Below, one piece after another: positions 1 to 12,850 of a DNA stretch of 64,000 nucleotides (positions are counted from its first letter, which is position 1; the number at the start of each line of letters is the position of its first letter). The stretch is from Eledone cirrhosa (taxonomy: Eukaryota), in NCBI GenBank assembly GCA_964016885.1, contig OZ024747.1, positions 19,096,001 to 19,160,000 on the forward strand, read 5' to 3'. The notes under the pieces are model-generated. The model searched no databases, had not been told where the DNA came from, and was given only the letters and a program-made list of their open reading frames with translations. Position numbers and translations under genes: made by a program.

Positions 1-479
1 TGATGTGGTCTTAATGACCTACTATTATTCTTGTTAACAACTATGGTCAGTTGTGACAAAAACACTTGCGTTTTATTTTGTGAAGACTGATTAAAGAGGA
101 GCACTTAAAAGATAAGTGTATTTGTATTAGAGTGCATGTGTGTATAGGATTTCTGATAATGTGTGATTCCATTTCATTCTGAGAAAACTTGATATATCTT
201 TATATTGTTCATGGTATGGGGGTTCTATATAGATGTATGTGTGTGGTGTGCCAATTATTGTTTTAAAAATATTATGTTCTGTTTGAAAACAATTATCTGG
301 ATAAGTTTTGTCTATTCTCATTTAACTGGATAGACATCAGTTGGTTATGAGAATAGTTCTCATCTTGCATACTTCTAAGGAAAATTAGTTAATATTTGTT
401 AATGGCATATTAGTCTTTTAACCCTTTGTAAGAAGTTTGGTGACTTTTCTGGCATTACTTTAAAAAAAAAAAAAGCTGG

Positions 480-740
480 GTATCAGTGGAATCGAATGTA
501 GTGTGCAAGACAGAAGACTATACAATGATTGATGGGCAAAAAAGAGCCACTAAATTGTAGTGGAAGAAATCTGCTATAGAGGGAGGCCATGAAAGATCTG
601 GACAGAAGTTATGAGAACTGATCTCAAGTCGCTGAAGCTCACAAAGGAGATGACAAAGGACCACAATGAGTGGAGAGATGCTCTGCTAGGAAAGACCTGG
701 CCAACCCATGCAAAAGCAGATGTAAAACGCTGTTGACATT
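480..740 (+). mobile_element. Degraded 3' end of an RTE-clade LINE
   Basis: Decayed G-R-P-x-K-x-W coding region followed by the RTE tail ccaacccatgcaa...gatgtaaaacg; similar to the 3' end of the element at 2117-2320. Confidence 0.6.
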
Positions 741-1469
741 ATCCCAAATGAATTAGAAAAACTGTTTTCAGAATTCCATCAGAGAACAGATTGTTGCTGT
801 GGGTTAGCAGCTCCAATTTGGCCCAGACTGATTCAACATTTCATTCATAACTAGTCAACCCCAGTACTTGATTGGTACTTTATTTTATCGTCTTCAAATG
901 GATGAAAGACAAAATTGACCTCCGTGATATTTGAACTCAGAACGTAAAGAACCAATTCTGCCAATCCATCACACTTTTTTTTTTTTAAAGAGATGCCTGC
1001 AAGGAAATTAGTGCCAGTAATATATCAATTATGAGGCATCATGGCAATGAAATTAATGTGTTGGACTATGAAGAACATGGTCAGAAGTTCAAATCTTACT
1101 TCTGCCGTTCTGTCCCTCAGAGCAAAAACAACACTGCTTCTACTTCACATTTTAGTGGTTAAACAATGGATTAAAAAAATGTTTATGTTTTTTCTTATAA
1201 ATTGGTGCAGTAAGTAAACCATGAACATGTCACCGATACAAGCTTAAAAAAAAAAAAGAGAAAGATGATGGGGTAGATTGAGAGAATTATGTCTTGCAGT
1301 ATTTAGTTACAGCTCTTTATATTTTAAGTACAAATCCTGCTGATGTCAATTTTGCCTGTCATCCTCCTAAGGTTGATAAAAAGTACCAGTAATACACTTG
1401 ATTGATTAATTCCCTCTCAATAAAGGCCTTGTGCCTATATTAAATACAATGTTCTTATTTGTATGGATT

Positions 1470-1730
1470 GAGGCAGTGAAGTAGCAAAGCCATTAGAATG
1501 TTGATAATCGTTCTGGTGTTCAAATCCCAGATGTCAATTTTGCCTTTCCTCATTTTGAGGTCAATAAAAACAGTACTAGTTCTGTACTGGGGTCAATTCT
1601 TTTACATCTGTCTCTCTCTCTGGAAGAAATTGGCAGTGTTCAGACCTGGAGAGGGAGAGGTTTTGCCAGGTTTAAAATGCCCAAGTCACACCGTGTGTCA
1701 ATACAGCACCCTTACAATTCCATCGGTGGG
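1470..1730 (+). mobile_element. tRNA-derived SINE with the alternative 3' tail (ctctggaagaaat...)
   Basis: B-box gttcaaatcc, core tttgcctttc...gtcaataaaa...agtact, and a tail shared with 42578-42920 and 50777-51115. Confidence 0.6.
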
Positions 1731-1749
1731 TCTCTCTCTCATATATATA

Positions 1750-2115
1750 TCATCATCATCAACGTTTAACGTCCGTGTTCCACGCTTGCATGGGTTTGGA
1801 CGGGGGTATTCCCACTTGAGGCAAGAGTGATTGTCTTGCTCGCATAGGACTCTCTGGCAGGTTTTCTACAGTTGGATGCCCTTCCTAACACCAACCACAT
1901 TTACAGTGTGGGTCTGGGAGGTTTTTACCGTGTTGCCTACACGGCCACATTACAGCGTGGACTGTGTTTTTTTGTCGTGACACCTACACGATCTCATTTG
2001 TTTCGGCCTGGATGGTGTGGCACCAACATAACTTTACATAGGAGGGGGTGGTGTGGATGGGGTGGGGTGTATTTTGTGAGAGATACCTACTGACTGTAGT
2101 AGGTTTTACTATGTA
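1750..2115 (-). mobile_element. Short non-autonomous RTE-related element (RTE 5'UTR/Ceph-like domain plus RTE 3' tail)
   Basis: Minus strand carries ggttggtgttaggaagggcatcca and ends ccatgcaagcgtggaacacggacgttaaacg(ttgat)(gat)n; a closely similar copy lies at 8150-8535. Confidence 0.7.
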
Positions 2116-2116
2116 T

Positions 2117-3770
2117 TTAGGTAAGGCGGGTCTTCTCTATTACTGAGTACCGCCAAAGGTCTCGGTCCAGTGACATTGTCTTGGAGAGGTGTAAGTGTGT
2201 GAGGTCGGAGTTTATCAGCTCGTCCCAGGATTTTCTAGGTCTGCCTATTCCGTGGCTACCGTCTATCTTTATTGCCCTGCACTTTGTTATACAGCTATTG
2301 ACTTTCATGCGCATCACGTGTCCATACCAACGTAGCCTTCTCTCAAGTAAACAACATCTAATTTTTTCCTTAGTTCGTTTATGCTTTGCCGTTCACGTAT
2401 ATTACTATTACACAACCAGCGGAGCATGCAAGCTTCGTTCCTCTCTAGTCTGCGTATATCCTCTGCACACAATGCCCAGGTCTCACTGCCATGCAACATT
2501 GCTGTTCGTATGCAGGCATCATACAACCTGCCTTTCATTTTTAGCGGCTAATAGTGGTATAAGCTCTCTGAACTTTTTCCATCCAGTTCTGACTCTAGCT
2601 ACTGTACTTTCAGAGCACCCTCCCCCACTGCTGATTTTGTCACCCAGGTAACGGAAGCTGTCCACTATTTCTATAGAGCCCTCTGCGCAGTTGTAAGAGC
2701 TAGTATTTTGTGGGCACTTGCTGCTACTTATTGCACCAGAGCACCGCCTACATGTAAAATCTATGTTCTTAGTTAGCTTACCTGTGATCCCACTACATCT
2801 TTTATGCACCCATACTTTGCATTTGGGACATAAAATGGAGTTTCTACCTACGCCTTTCCTACACACTGAGCATGGCCCTTTCCCGGAAGGGACCGCCGCC
2901 TTATTTTCTTTCCTACAAACTAGAACTTTAGTCTTAGCCAGGTTAATTTTAAGGCCTTTTGATTCTAGGCCGTGCTTCCATGTTTGGAATTTCTTCTCTA
3001 GCTCGGCCATTGATTCAGCTATGAGTGTCAGGTCGTCTGCGTATAGGAGTTCCCATGGGCAGCCGGTCTTGAACTCCTCTGTTATAGCCTGAAGGGCAAT
3101 AATAAATAGTAGGGGGCTGAGAACAGAGCCCTGATGGATGCCAACTTTTACGCTAAACTCTTCACTATATTCGTTGTTAATTCTAACCTTGCTGACTGTT
3201 TCTTTATACATGGCTTGTATAGCTCTCACAAGCCATTCGTCGACACCTAGTTTTCTAAGGGCCCACCAGATAATGGAACGGGGGACTCTGTCGAAGGCTT
3301 TCTCCAAGTCGACAAAAGCTAAGTAGAGGGGTTTACCTTTAGCTAGGTACTTCTCCTGTAGTTGACGTACAATGAAAAGAGCGTCTGTGGTACTTTTGCC
3401 TGACACAAACCCGAACTGCATTTCATCTAGGTCAATTCTCTCTCTGATTAGTTGTGCTATTACTTTTTCCGTGACCTTCATGACCTGGTCGATTAATTTA
3501 ATGCCTCTATAGTTACTCCTATCTAGGGCATCTCCTTTACCCTTATAACAGTTAACGATGATGCTGCTATGCCAGTCCTTCGGAACAAACCCATTCTGTA
3601 CGACTTGGTTAACTATCCGGGTGACCATGATGTGTCCCACCGTGCCAGATGCCTTCAGCATCTCAGCAACTATTTCCGAAGGCCCAGCCACCTTACCCGT
3701 CTTCATATCCTTGATTGCCTTACTTATTATACTACCCTCGACTAACACTGCTGGTCCCTCTATTGGGTCG
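2117..3770 (-). mobile_element. 5'-truncated RTE-clade LINE: reverse transcriptase with internal PHD-type finger, two frameshifts
   Basis: ORF 2519-3748 has NYRGIKL, QFGF, FVDLEKAFDRV, GIHQGSVLSPLLF, YADD and FRYLG. ORFs 2314-2538 (LHGSETW) and 2117-2317 (GRPRKSW) continue it. The 5' end abuts (TA)n. Confidence 0.95.
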
Positions 3771-3815
<45 letters not shown>

Positions 3816-6049
3816 CATTTATATGGATGATGCTGTCAGAATAATAGCAAAACCGATACTGGATGTTATGTCTGCAAAAAGAAATTGTTAACTGTTACAA
3901 TAGGGTGGTTTACTATATAAAGTTTTTAAAGTTTGCAGTAGATAATAAAAGCTAGGTTAGTTATGTTTGTTCTGTTCTCGGCTGATGATCTGTCTTACAT
4001 AGAACAAAGGGCAGAGATGATATTGTTTTGGTTTTGATACACTCACAGTGCTCTGCTGATGTTTAACTTGTAAAACTCTATTGTATAAATATTTAAAACT
4101 GTTTTAAAATGTCCAATGTACACTTTAGGCCAAGGAGGTGAGGGAGGTCACTATTTCTTTGCCTTTTTCCCTTCATTCTAGTACAGGTGTTGAATTGTAT
4201 AATTTGCATATTGTTGAAGTAGTAAATGTATTTATTGCAGTATATCTGCTTTACACAGTTAAATACTCAAACTGAAAAATGGAGTTGAATTTCATTTGTT
4301 AGTAAGATAAGCTATGACAAATGATGCAATACATCTGAGATAGTTGACATCTCAATATTTTTATATTCTGATTGTAAGTGAGGAAAAAAAATTGGAGGTG
4401 ACACAAGGAAATCAAGAGACTCAACTCAGTCTTTAGTGATATGTCAGTGTTAACAATAATATATTTCTTACTTTGGGAACAACATAATGGTAAAAGCAGT
4501 GTTGGTAGGCATGGTAGAATTCATAGTAGTATATCATCTGATATTGACATCTTATGCTGATATAAGGTCTGATTTATGTAGTGGGAGAAATACATCATCA
4601 TCACTGTTTAATGTCCGTTTTCTATGCTTGCATGGGTTAGGCAGGCTGCCATGTACTAAGGCTTGACTGGTCAGGTGACTACATATTGTTCATATGCTCC
4701 ATTTATAGCTTGGTTGCTATGGCTGGATGCTCTTCCTAACAACAACTACTTTACAGCAGGTATTGATAATATTTTATTGTGACTACCACTATCAACTTAC
4801 AGGGTGCTTGTCAAAATACCATCATTACCAGCATATAATTACATGATACTCATGCATTTCTCAAGAGATCTATAGTCTGTCATTATATTCTTTTGATAGC
4901 TTGAAGAGGTCAAAGTTTTTCTCCAATATATAGTGTCTAGGGTGTTGTGACTAGTAACAATTAATATTTGATGTGTTTACTATATATTACTTTAGTTCAG
5001 TAGTTGGCATTGTTAATGATGATATGGTCTTTAGTGGTGACCCAGTGGTTTATTTAATTTTTTCCTCCATTGAATGTTAATAGGTCGTAGGTTGAACAGA
5101 ACAGGAATATATATATATTTTTTTTTATTTAGCCCTAGGTCAATCAAGATCCAGCAGACCTAATTCCCCATTCCAACCCGACACAAAACTACGGTTAGGA
5201 GCCAGCATCCATGGTCTAACTTGTGGAAGGAAGTTATCTTTAGAGCAGTAACATGGTCTGAATGCTTGCAAACCAGGCAATGGATTAAGTCTATCATTTA
5301 TTAGTGTATCTAGGACTACATTATCTAACAAATATTACCTTTTTTTTTAAGATTCTAAGATGGGATTTGTATAAAATTTGATTGTGGGGAAATGTTTAAG
5401 ACAAAGGTGAAAGAAGTGGAGGGAGGGTTGAAGGCTAAGCATCATGGAGTAGACTGTAGTTATGAGAATGAAGAGAAGAAAGAAAGAAAAAAATAATTTA
5501 AAAGAAAATAAGAGATAGAATGGTACAGATTGGAGATTCCAGACTACAAGTAAACAATGTTAGTTGTTTTGATAGATAGATAAAACCTGGAATTGTTCTT
5601 AGTAGGTTAGGCTGACGCAAAAGAATAACGGAGCATACAGTTAAAACACAGGGTTTAAAGCAGTAACAAAAGTGCAAAAACAAGATATGTCGTTGACAAA
5701 ATATATGATCAATGCTTGTAGTGGAAATATTGATGCCAAATAGAAAGGAAGGGTTCTGAAATTTTGGATGAAACCTTTTATCAAAGTAGAGTAAGAAAAG
5801 AATAAGAAAAAGTGTAAGAATGATACCAATTGGAGAGCAGATGTGGATTGGGAGAAATTTGATGGTTAGAACAGGAAGTGGACCAACAAACAAGGTGGCA
5901 GTAAGAGCAATAATATTTAGAAGTTGTATTTGTGGATATATGGTCTGGAAGGAATTGTTTGTGTAGTCTGTGGAGTGTACAGATGCATAGTGGCACACGT
6001 GTATATATACACACATATATATTTATACACACAAACACAGTATCTGAGG

Positions 6050-6770
6050 GCATATTTGAGAGAACCACATCAAGACAGTTCTCTGAGGGACCCATTTACT
6101 ATTGGTGTTTCCTCCGAGGGGGTACCATTAGCCTGAACATCCTGGTTTTTACCTTTTAGGAAGTCATGCAGCCATTCTTCTAGTTTTCCAACTACGCCAA
6201 GACCACAAAGTTTGCGACATTCTATGATCAATCTTATTGAAGACCTTTGTAAAGTAGAGATATATCACATATACATTTGAGTGGTTTAGCAACTGTTTCA
6301 ATAGTTCGTTGCAATGTTGTAAAAGTTGTGTAAGGAAGCTTTTTTCCGATTGTAGGCCATACTGGGTGTTAGTGGGTCATTTTCTTCCATAAACATAATC
6401 AGATTCCTTCTGATAATTTGTTCCATGACTGCCAATATGCAAGGTCAGAGAGAAAGTCCATTAATTTTTATTATCTGCTCTGCTTCCACCTTTATGCCAT
6501 CTTTTAACTTTCCAGGGGGTTTGAGGAAGCTCTGGAAAAAGATCTGTACTTGTTTTGCTATGGTTCGTTTATGAGGATTCCTGAGAGCCCATCAGGCCAA
6601 AAGCTGGATTTGAGTTCATTTCACCTATGGCCGATGTGACCTCTTACTTCTTTATGTAATTTATTTAATGGTTTGCTATTTTCCTATGTAGAGCTATGAT
6701 GTCAAAGAACTCATTTGGCTTATTTGCATGTGACCCATCAGAGACATGAAAGCAGTTTTGTGTTGTTCAT
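6050..6770 (-). mobile_element. Highly decayed CR1/L2-group LINE RT fragment
   Basis: Minus strand retains remnants of the APGPDG-like, QYG-x-RK, 'LYFTKVFNKIDH' (equivalent to YLDFAKAFDKVDH) and VPQxTVL motifs, with stops and frameshifts. Confidence 0.55.
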
Positions 6771-6904
6771 TCAATATTTCACATAACTTTTGGAGGTCAG
6801 AGAGCCACCTTCTTGGAATAGTGATCTTGCCTGTCTAGCCTTAGAACATGACAAACTTTCTAAAATTAGATGTAAAAATGATGATAATGATAAACACACA
6901 CACA

Positions 6905-7722
6905 TATGAGGGCTGTCAAAAAAATATCTGACTTGGTTTTTTCTTAGTAGTATTGATGTATTGATGTTAAAAAGACAAAGTATGCAGAATGGAGCCACAC
7001 ACATTTATGTGCATGTGTTGTCGTTGGCGAACTTGCTAGATGCATCAGTTGTTGTCAGGCAAACAGTGTGAAATGCTGCAATATTTACTCGCAGCATTTT
7101 CATTGCGCCCGATACTGCCAATAAGGATCCTGAGTTCACGACTACAGTGACAACTGGAGACGAGACATGAGTGAACAGATATGACTCAGAAACCAAATAC
7201 CATTACAGTGAAATATTCAAACATTGCCACAACCAAAAAAAGCAAGTCAGGTGCAAAGCAAAATCAAGTTGATGCTGGCCATTCACCTTACTGATATGCA
7301 CCAGGATAGTTACAAATGAGTACTGTTAGGAAATCCTGTGATGTATTTGTGATGCAGTTTGGTGCTTCGACAGGATCTGTCATCCTTTCAAAACTGGCAG
7401 TGGCATCATAACAATGCCTTAGTTAATGTTGATCCAAGGTTTCTTGGATCAACATTTGCTTGGCTTCCCATTCTCAAGACATGGATCCTCCTAACTCCTG
7501 ATGGTTCCCAAATATGAAGATACCACGAAAAAGACTCTCAATTTGAGAGCCAAAAGGACATCCTGAGGACTGCGATGGTGGAACTATGGGTCATTCTGGA
7601 AGAGGATTTCCTGATGTGCTTCCAACAGTGGAAGGCTCACTTGTCAAAGTATGAGAAAGCACTAGAGGCCTACATCAAATTGAACCCCACTAAGTACACA
7701 ATATTTTTTCAACAGACCTCAG
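6905..7722 (+). mobile_element. Internally deleted, decayed mariner (DD34D-type) transposon
   Basis: VTTGDET*VNRYDSET remnant at ~7147 and W-x-HH(D)NA remnant at ~7395. Imperfect TIRs tgagggctgtcaaaaaaatat (6907) / atattttttcaacagacctca (7701-7721). Confidence 0.75.
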
Positions 7723-7724
7723 AG

Positions 7725-8085
7725 AATATACAGACTGGAGAGAAATGACGCAAGCACGTTCTGTTGGATGTGCAATGTTTGTGTGCATGAAGGACGGGGT
7801 GTGAATGAACTAATAGAATTAGCTAGGTACAAGAAGAATCAGATGTAGTGCGCACGAGAGGAGACTGTGCTGGTTCAGACGTGATATTTATGGATGAGGA
7901 ATGCCGGGAGAAGTCCTAAGTGATGCTAATAGAAGGAAGCTGCAGTAGAGGAAGGCCAAAGAAGACTTGAGCAGAAGTGGTTTGAGCTGATTTATATTTA
8001 CACGCATATATAATATACATAAATACACACACAAATACATATATACCCATGGTAGCATGGAAAATGGACATTAAACGATGATGAT
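7725..8085 (+). mobile_element. Degraded RTE LINE 3' end
   Basis: RLERNDAS..RWMC, GRPKKT* remnants and tail cccatggtagcatggaaaatggacattaaacgatgatgat. Confidence 0.7.
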
Positions 8086-8092
8086 ACATATA

Positions 8093-8140
<48 letters not shown>

Positions 8141-8149
8141 TGTATATAT

Positions 8150-8535
8150 CATCATCATCATCAGCATTATCGTTTAACATCCATCTTCCACGCTAACATG
8201 GGTTTGGACGGGAATTTTCCCACTTGAGGCAAGATTGGTTGTCTTGCTTATATAGGACTGTCTGGCGGGTTTTCTACAGCTGGATGCCCTTCCTAACACC
8301 AACCACGTTTACAGTGTGGACTGGGAGGTTTTTACCGTGTTACCTACACGGCCACATTACAGCGTGGACTGTGTTTTTTTTGTCGTGACACCTACACGCC
8401 CTCATTTGTTTCGGACTGGATGCTGTGGTACCAACATAACTTTACATTGGAAGGGGTGGGGTGGATGGGGTGGGGTGGTGTAGTGGGGCCGGGGTGTATT
8501 TTGTTAGAGGTGCCTACTGACTGTAGGTTTCGCTA
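8150..8535 (-). mobile_element. Second copy of the short RTE-related non-autonomous element
   Basis: Colinear high similarity to 1750-2115. Confidence 0.75.
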
Positions 8536-8696
8536 TTTATATATATTAGTAGTAGCACTAACATAGTGCAATTCATAATAAAAGTTTATATGAAGGCATA
8601 TACGATATGTTTGTGTGTAATAAACATAAGTCAAGTTATGACACACATCCTAGAAATATACGCATGTATATTTATATATATAATATATATACATAT

Positions 8697-8736
<40 letters not shown>

Positions 8737-8764
8737 CACATATATATATACATACACACACACA

Positions 8765-8838
8765 CAAGGTGTCCCAAAAAATGTATACACATTTCAACAG
8801 CATTCTAATAAATATGTGTATACATTTTTGGGGACACC

Positions 8839-8840
<2 letters not shown>
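8765..8840. mobile_element. Tiny Tc1/mariner-type MITE
   Basis: TIRs ggtgtcccaaaaaatgtatacaca / tgtgtatacatttttggggacacc; a related longer copy lies at 31613-31715. Confidence 0.7.
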
Positions 8841-8869
<29 letters not shown>

Positions 8870-9200
8870 TTCAAAATATTAACAAAATAGATATTCTTGT
8901 GATCAATTATATTTTATTATACATATTTCAGAGGTACTGAGTTAAGTTCAACAGTACGTCCTCATCAGATAAAATAAGATGATGCATGACATACCCTGAC
9001 ATAGTAGAAGGTTAAGATTCAGTCTTGGTAGTGATTAACTTATGACAAAACTCAATATTTAGACCCTAATATTGAGAACATGAGATAACATAATATAAAC
9101 AATAGATTATTCTTTGATGTATTCATAATATAAACAATACATCATTCTTTGATGGATTCATTGAACCTTGTTTAACTTTTAAATATATATATATATATGT

Positions 9201-9529
9201 GGAGGCACATGGCTTAGTGGTTAGAGCATTGGCCTTGCAATCGAAAGGTTGTGAGTTCAATTCTCAGACCGGATGATGTGTTGTTTCCTTGAGCAAGACA
9301 CTTTATTTCACATTGCTCCAGTTTACTCAGCTGTAGAAATGAGATGATAGGGACTTGGGTCCCTATCATTCCACTGCAAAGTGGTCGTGGAGGTGCCACG
9401 GAAAAAAAGCACCCAGCACTCACTGTAAATGAGGTTGGTGTTAGGAAGGGCATCCAGCTGTAGAAATCAAGCCAGAATCAGTTTCCGTCCCACCCTTGCA
9501 AGCAGGGAAAAAGCGGACGTAAAATGAAA

Positions 9530-9532
<3 letters not shown>
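9201..9532 (+). mobile_element. tRNA-derived SINE with CORE/V-like middle and RTE-derived body and tail
   Basis: A-box tggcttagtgg, B-box gagttcaattc, ccttgagcaagacacttt, ggttggtgttaggaagggcatccagc, and tail gcaagcagggaaaaagcggacgtaaaatga. Confidence 0.8.
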
Positions 9533-9589
<57 letters not shown>

Positions 9590-10399
9590 TCACACACACC
9601 GTAATTTGCGATCAGCGGGTGGTATCAGTATTGGAAAAACCAACGGAAACATGATGTGTATTTATGTTTAGTTTCATTTGTAGCCATTATTATTCTGAAA
9701 TATATTTGTAGAATACTGAGAGCGTCGGAAGAAATGCATTGCGACATTTTACTCCGGCTTTTTACGTTCTCAGCTTAAACCCGGCAGAGGTCAACGATGC
9801 ATTTCATCCTTCCGGTGTCAATAAAATAAAATACCAGTCAAGTACTGAGTCAAATTAATCGCCGCCACCCACTCTTAAAAAACAAATTTTAATTGCTGGT
9901 CTTGTGCCTATATAAAAGTCATTATTAACCCGAAGTGGACATGAAGTTTTTGTTAATAAAAACACATTAAAAAAATAGGAAATTTGATTAACAGAATAAT
10001 TATTTTCCATTAAATGAACAACGAAATTTTTTTCTTATGTAGTAACGCCCTAGAGTTATTTTGCCAATGTTTTACAGAATACTCGTTTTTGTTACCATAT
10101 TTCTAATGAAAGACGGCTTATGATTTCCAAATCATTTTGAGAATTTTCATGAATTTGGAGGGATTTAGTAAAAAAAAAACTAATCTTTTCATTATTAAAT
10201 TGAAAATTTAAACATAAAAGTTCGTATAAAAAATTATGATGAAAGGTTTTTAGATAGAACAAACAGGTTCGTATGATAGAACGGGGGGCGGTTTGGTATC
10301 AAAAGGGTTGCTGATAACTGAAACAAGAGTAGAAAACTCTAGCTTTCGGAACAACGCACATACAGGGATTCGAAAGCAATTTATACCCTACCCTATATG

Positions 10400-10434
<35 letters not shown>

Positions 10435-10497
10435 GATAATTTAATATATCAGCTAACATAGGCGCACAGATGCACGTCCATGCCAGCAAATACACAG

Positions 10498-10538
<41 letters not shown>

Positions 10539-11173
10539 CTGGCACACCATCACACATACATACATACATACATACATACACATATATTACTGGCACACAC
10601 CATCACACATACATACACATATATATATATATATTAATGGCACACATACATACACATTTATATATATATAAATAAGTGGTGAGTTTCGGTGCTGTTAAAC
10701 GAGGAGGCACTGCCAACTTAAAATATACTTCTGTGGAAGACAGAAAGCCACATTTCTTAAGGGGAGGATATATTAAAGTAAAAACCCGTATCTCTAGTAC
10801 GTATATGTGGGTGTGTATGTATGTATATATCCACACACACACACATATATACATGTACTATATATATATACATACATATATTATACACTCATTCACTATA
10901 TACGTATATATGTATGATGTTCTTGTGTTTACTGTGAAATCATGACAATGTACGTCGAAAAGTGGGGCGGGAATTGAACGCAGAAAAACGAGGAAGTTAA
11001 CTAGACGACTGACCATACAGTATCCAGTGCTCTACAGATTGTGTAAACTGAAACATTTCCTATATAATTTAACATTACGTTGTTCATCACCCTAATTATT
11101 ACTATCATTATCAATTAACAAATAATATATTTGAATGTGGTGTTACTTTGTAGTTAATTAAAACAATACCTAC

Positions 11174-11329
11174 CCTCATTCGGACTTCGTAATCGGTGTA
11201 CCGCTTTTTGCCTAGTCCGTGTGTTTGTGGATTGCAAACGTCGATTTCAAGAAAGTTGGCCGGAGGAGAATAGGCATCTTCTAAAGTTTGTTTTTTTGGT
11301 TGAATGCGAGCTGTGGCCGTATTATTCAT
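11174..11329 (-). CDS. SNX3: Sorting nexin 3/12 (PX domain), coding exon 1; downstream exons lie outside the window
   Basis: MNNTATARIQPKKQTLEDAYSPPANFLEIDVCNPQTHGLGKKRYTDYEVRMR matches the SNX3/SNX12 N-terminus. Phase-0 donor GTAGGT at 11173. No exon encoding the expected TNLP/RRYSDF segment was seen in 1-11173. Confidence 0.92.
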
Positions 11330-11362
11330 CCTGACTTACAATACCCCCTACGGCTTGGCTTC

Positions 11363-11370
11363 TGACGTAA
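11363..11370. promoter_or_regulatory. CRE/ATF-like site TGACGTAA in the SNX3/12 proximal promoter or 5'UTR
   Basis: Motif lies 34 bp upstream of the ATG in a locally CpG-containing segment. Confidence 0.35.
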
Positions 11371-12619
11371 TCACTATATGCTAACTCAAGGCCCGTAACT
11401 CTTCATTCTCTTTATATAGATCGGTCGACGTGTATGAAATGGATCAAATGAGGGGAGTCTCTCTGTATTCCACATTTATTCATCCTGCTAAAAAAATCGG
11501 CAAACAGATATCGCCTTAAAAAATAATCAAGGATGAACTTGATGATGTGGTTCTAGATACAGTATGTGTGAATAAGCACCACTTGATTTTTATTAGAAGC
11601 TGTTGAATCAGTACTGGCATGTGACACAACACACACACACACACACTCTCTCTCTCACGTACACACACATATATATATATGGATTATCAGGGGTGTCCTC
11701 TTTGTGCTTTGCTCGAGTTACAGAGAATACCAGCGAGATCTAACATCAAATCACATTCTAGTCTTAGAAAAATGATACTCGTCGGACGCAGATATAGTGG
11801 AAGGTGTCTGGATGATCACGGGTCATCTGGGGCTAAACAACAATATTAGACATGAACCGACGAGTGTTGGTGACTACGTAGTTATTTGAGCTTTTAGAAA
11901 TAGCCAAATCACATAAAAGTGGTGGAAAGCTTTGAATCGCGGGGCTACTGGATCATAGTTTTTCTTGAAGTTAAATAAATTCTTTTATAAATATATTTCC
12001 TTTTTTTAGAGCCAATTTATAGTATTCATTGTCATTTTTCTAGCTTATTTTTTCATTGGAAACCTAGATTGGCTGAATTTTACAATCACACCATTTCGCG
12101 TTGTAGGAGGAATTTATGATTTTCGGTGGATTTTGAACGAACCTAAGCTTAAAACTCGGAAACTATTCATTTTTTTTACTTAACGGAACTTTTCGGAGGT
12201 GAATATTACACTCGGTTCACTTTGGAGGTGAAATTCATGTTTTTCTTATGGTTTTGAATATGACTTTTAAAACTGTCGGAAATTATTCGTTTTCCAGTGA
12301 ACGACAAAAATCTACTTATACTGCTGCTGTTGCTACTACTTACTAATATAATAATAAAGATAAAATACCATATTCTTAGAAGTTTTTGTCTTGTCCAGAT
12401 AGACGTAAAGCTAAAAATACACACTGGAAATTCAGTAGTTATTCGACACAGCTACATCTCTACAACTTCCTCGACTCAAGAAGCTGTAACGTTTTTTTTT
12501 CTTTTTAGTTTCAGTCATTGGACTGCGGCCATATTATAGCATTGTATTCGAGTGTTTTCGTCAATTGTATTGACATCTACTCTCAGTAAATAGTTGTTTA
12601 CCCATGTTAACAATCGCTG

Positions 12620-12850
12620 TAATAAATGGCTGATTCTTTTTTATGTAGAACCACTCCCCCACTCGCTGCTAGGCCCGCAAGTTGGAATGGTTATTTCAAA
12701 TCACTTTCTTCATTATCCTCCAGGGTAACACTTTCTCTGTTGTCTGCTGGGACCATGAGGCAACATGTCGCTGAGGTTATGCACATTGGTGAGCATTCTC
12801 CACTCATATATCATTGCAGTAGTGGTCTGTATTGTAAATACATAAACATA
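12620..12850 (+). mobile_element. 3' remnant of a CRE-clade non-LTR retrotransposon
   Basis: One frame reads WLFQITFFIILQGNTFSV, resembling the CRE C-terminal L-x-QRISLA-x-x-RGNA motif. Confidence 0.5.

Noticed and set aside
5140-5331. 63-aa ORF as a candidate SNX3/12 exon 2
   Set aside because: No PX-domain motifs; its start resembles SINE-tail sequence seen elsewhere (e.g. ~11540).
9201-9275. Possible tRNA gene
   Set aside because: It has A and B boxes but continues into a SINE body; it is a SINE head.
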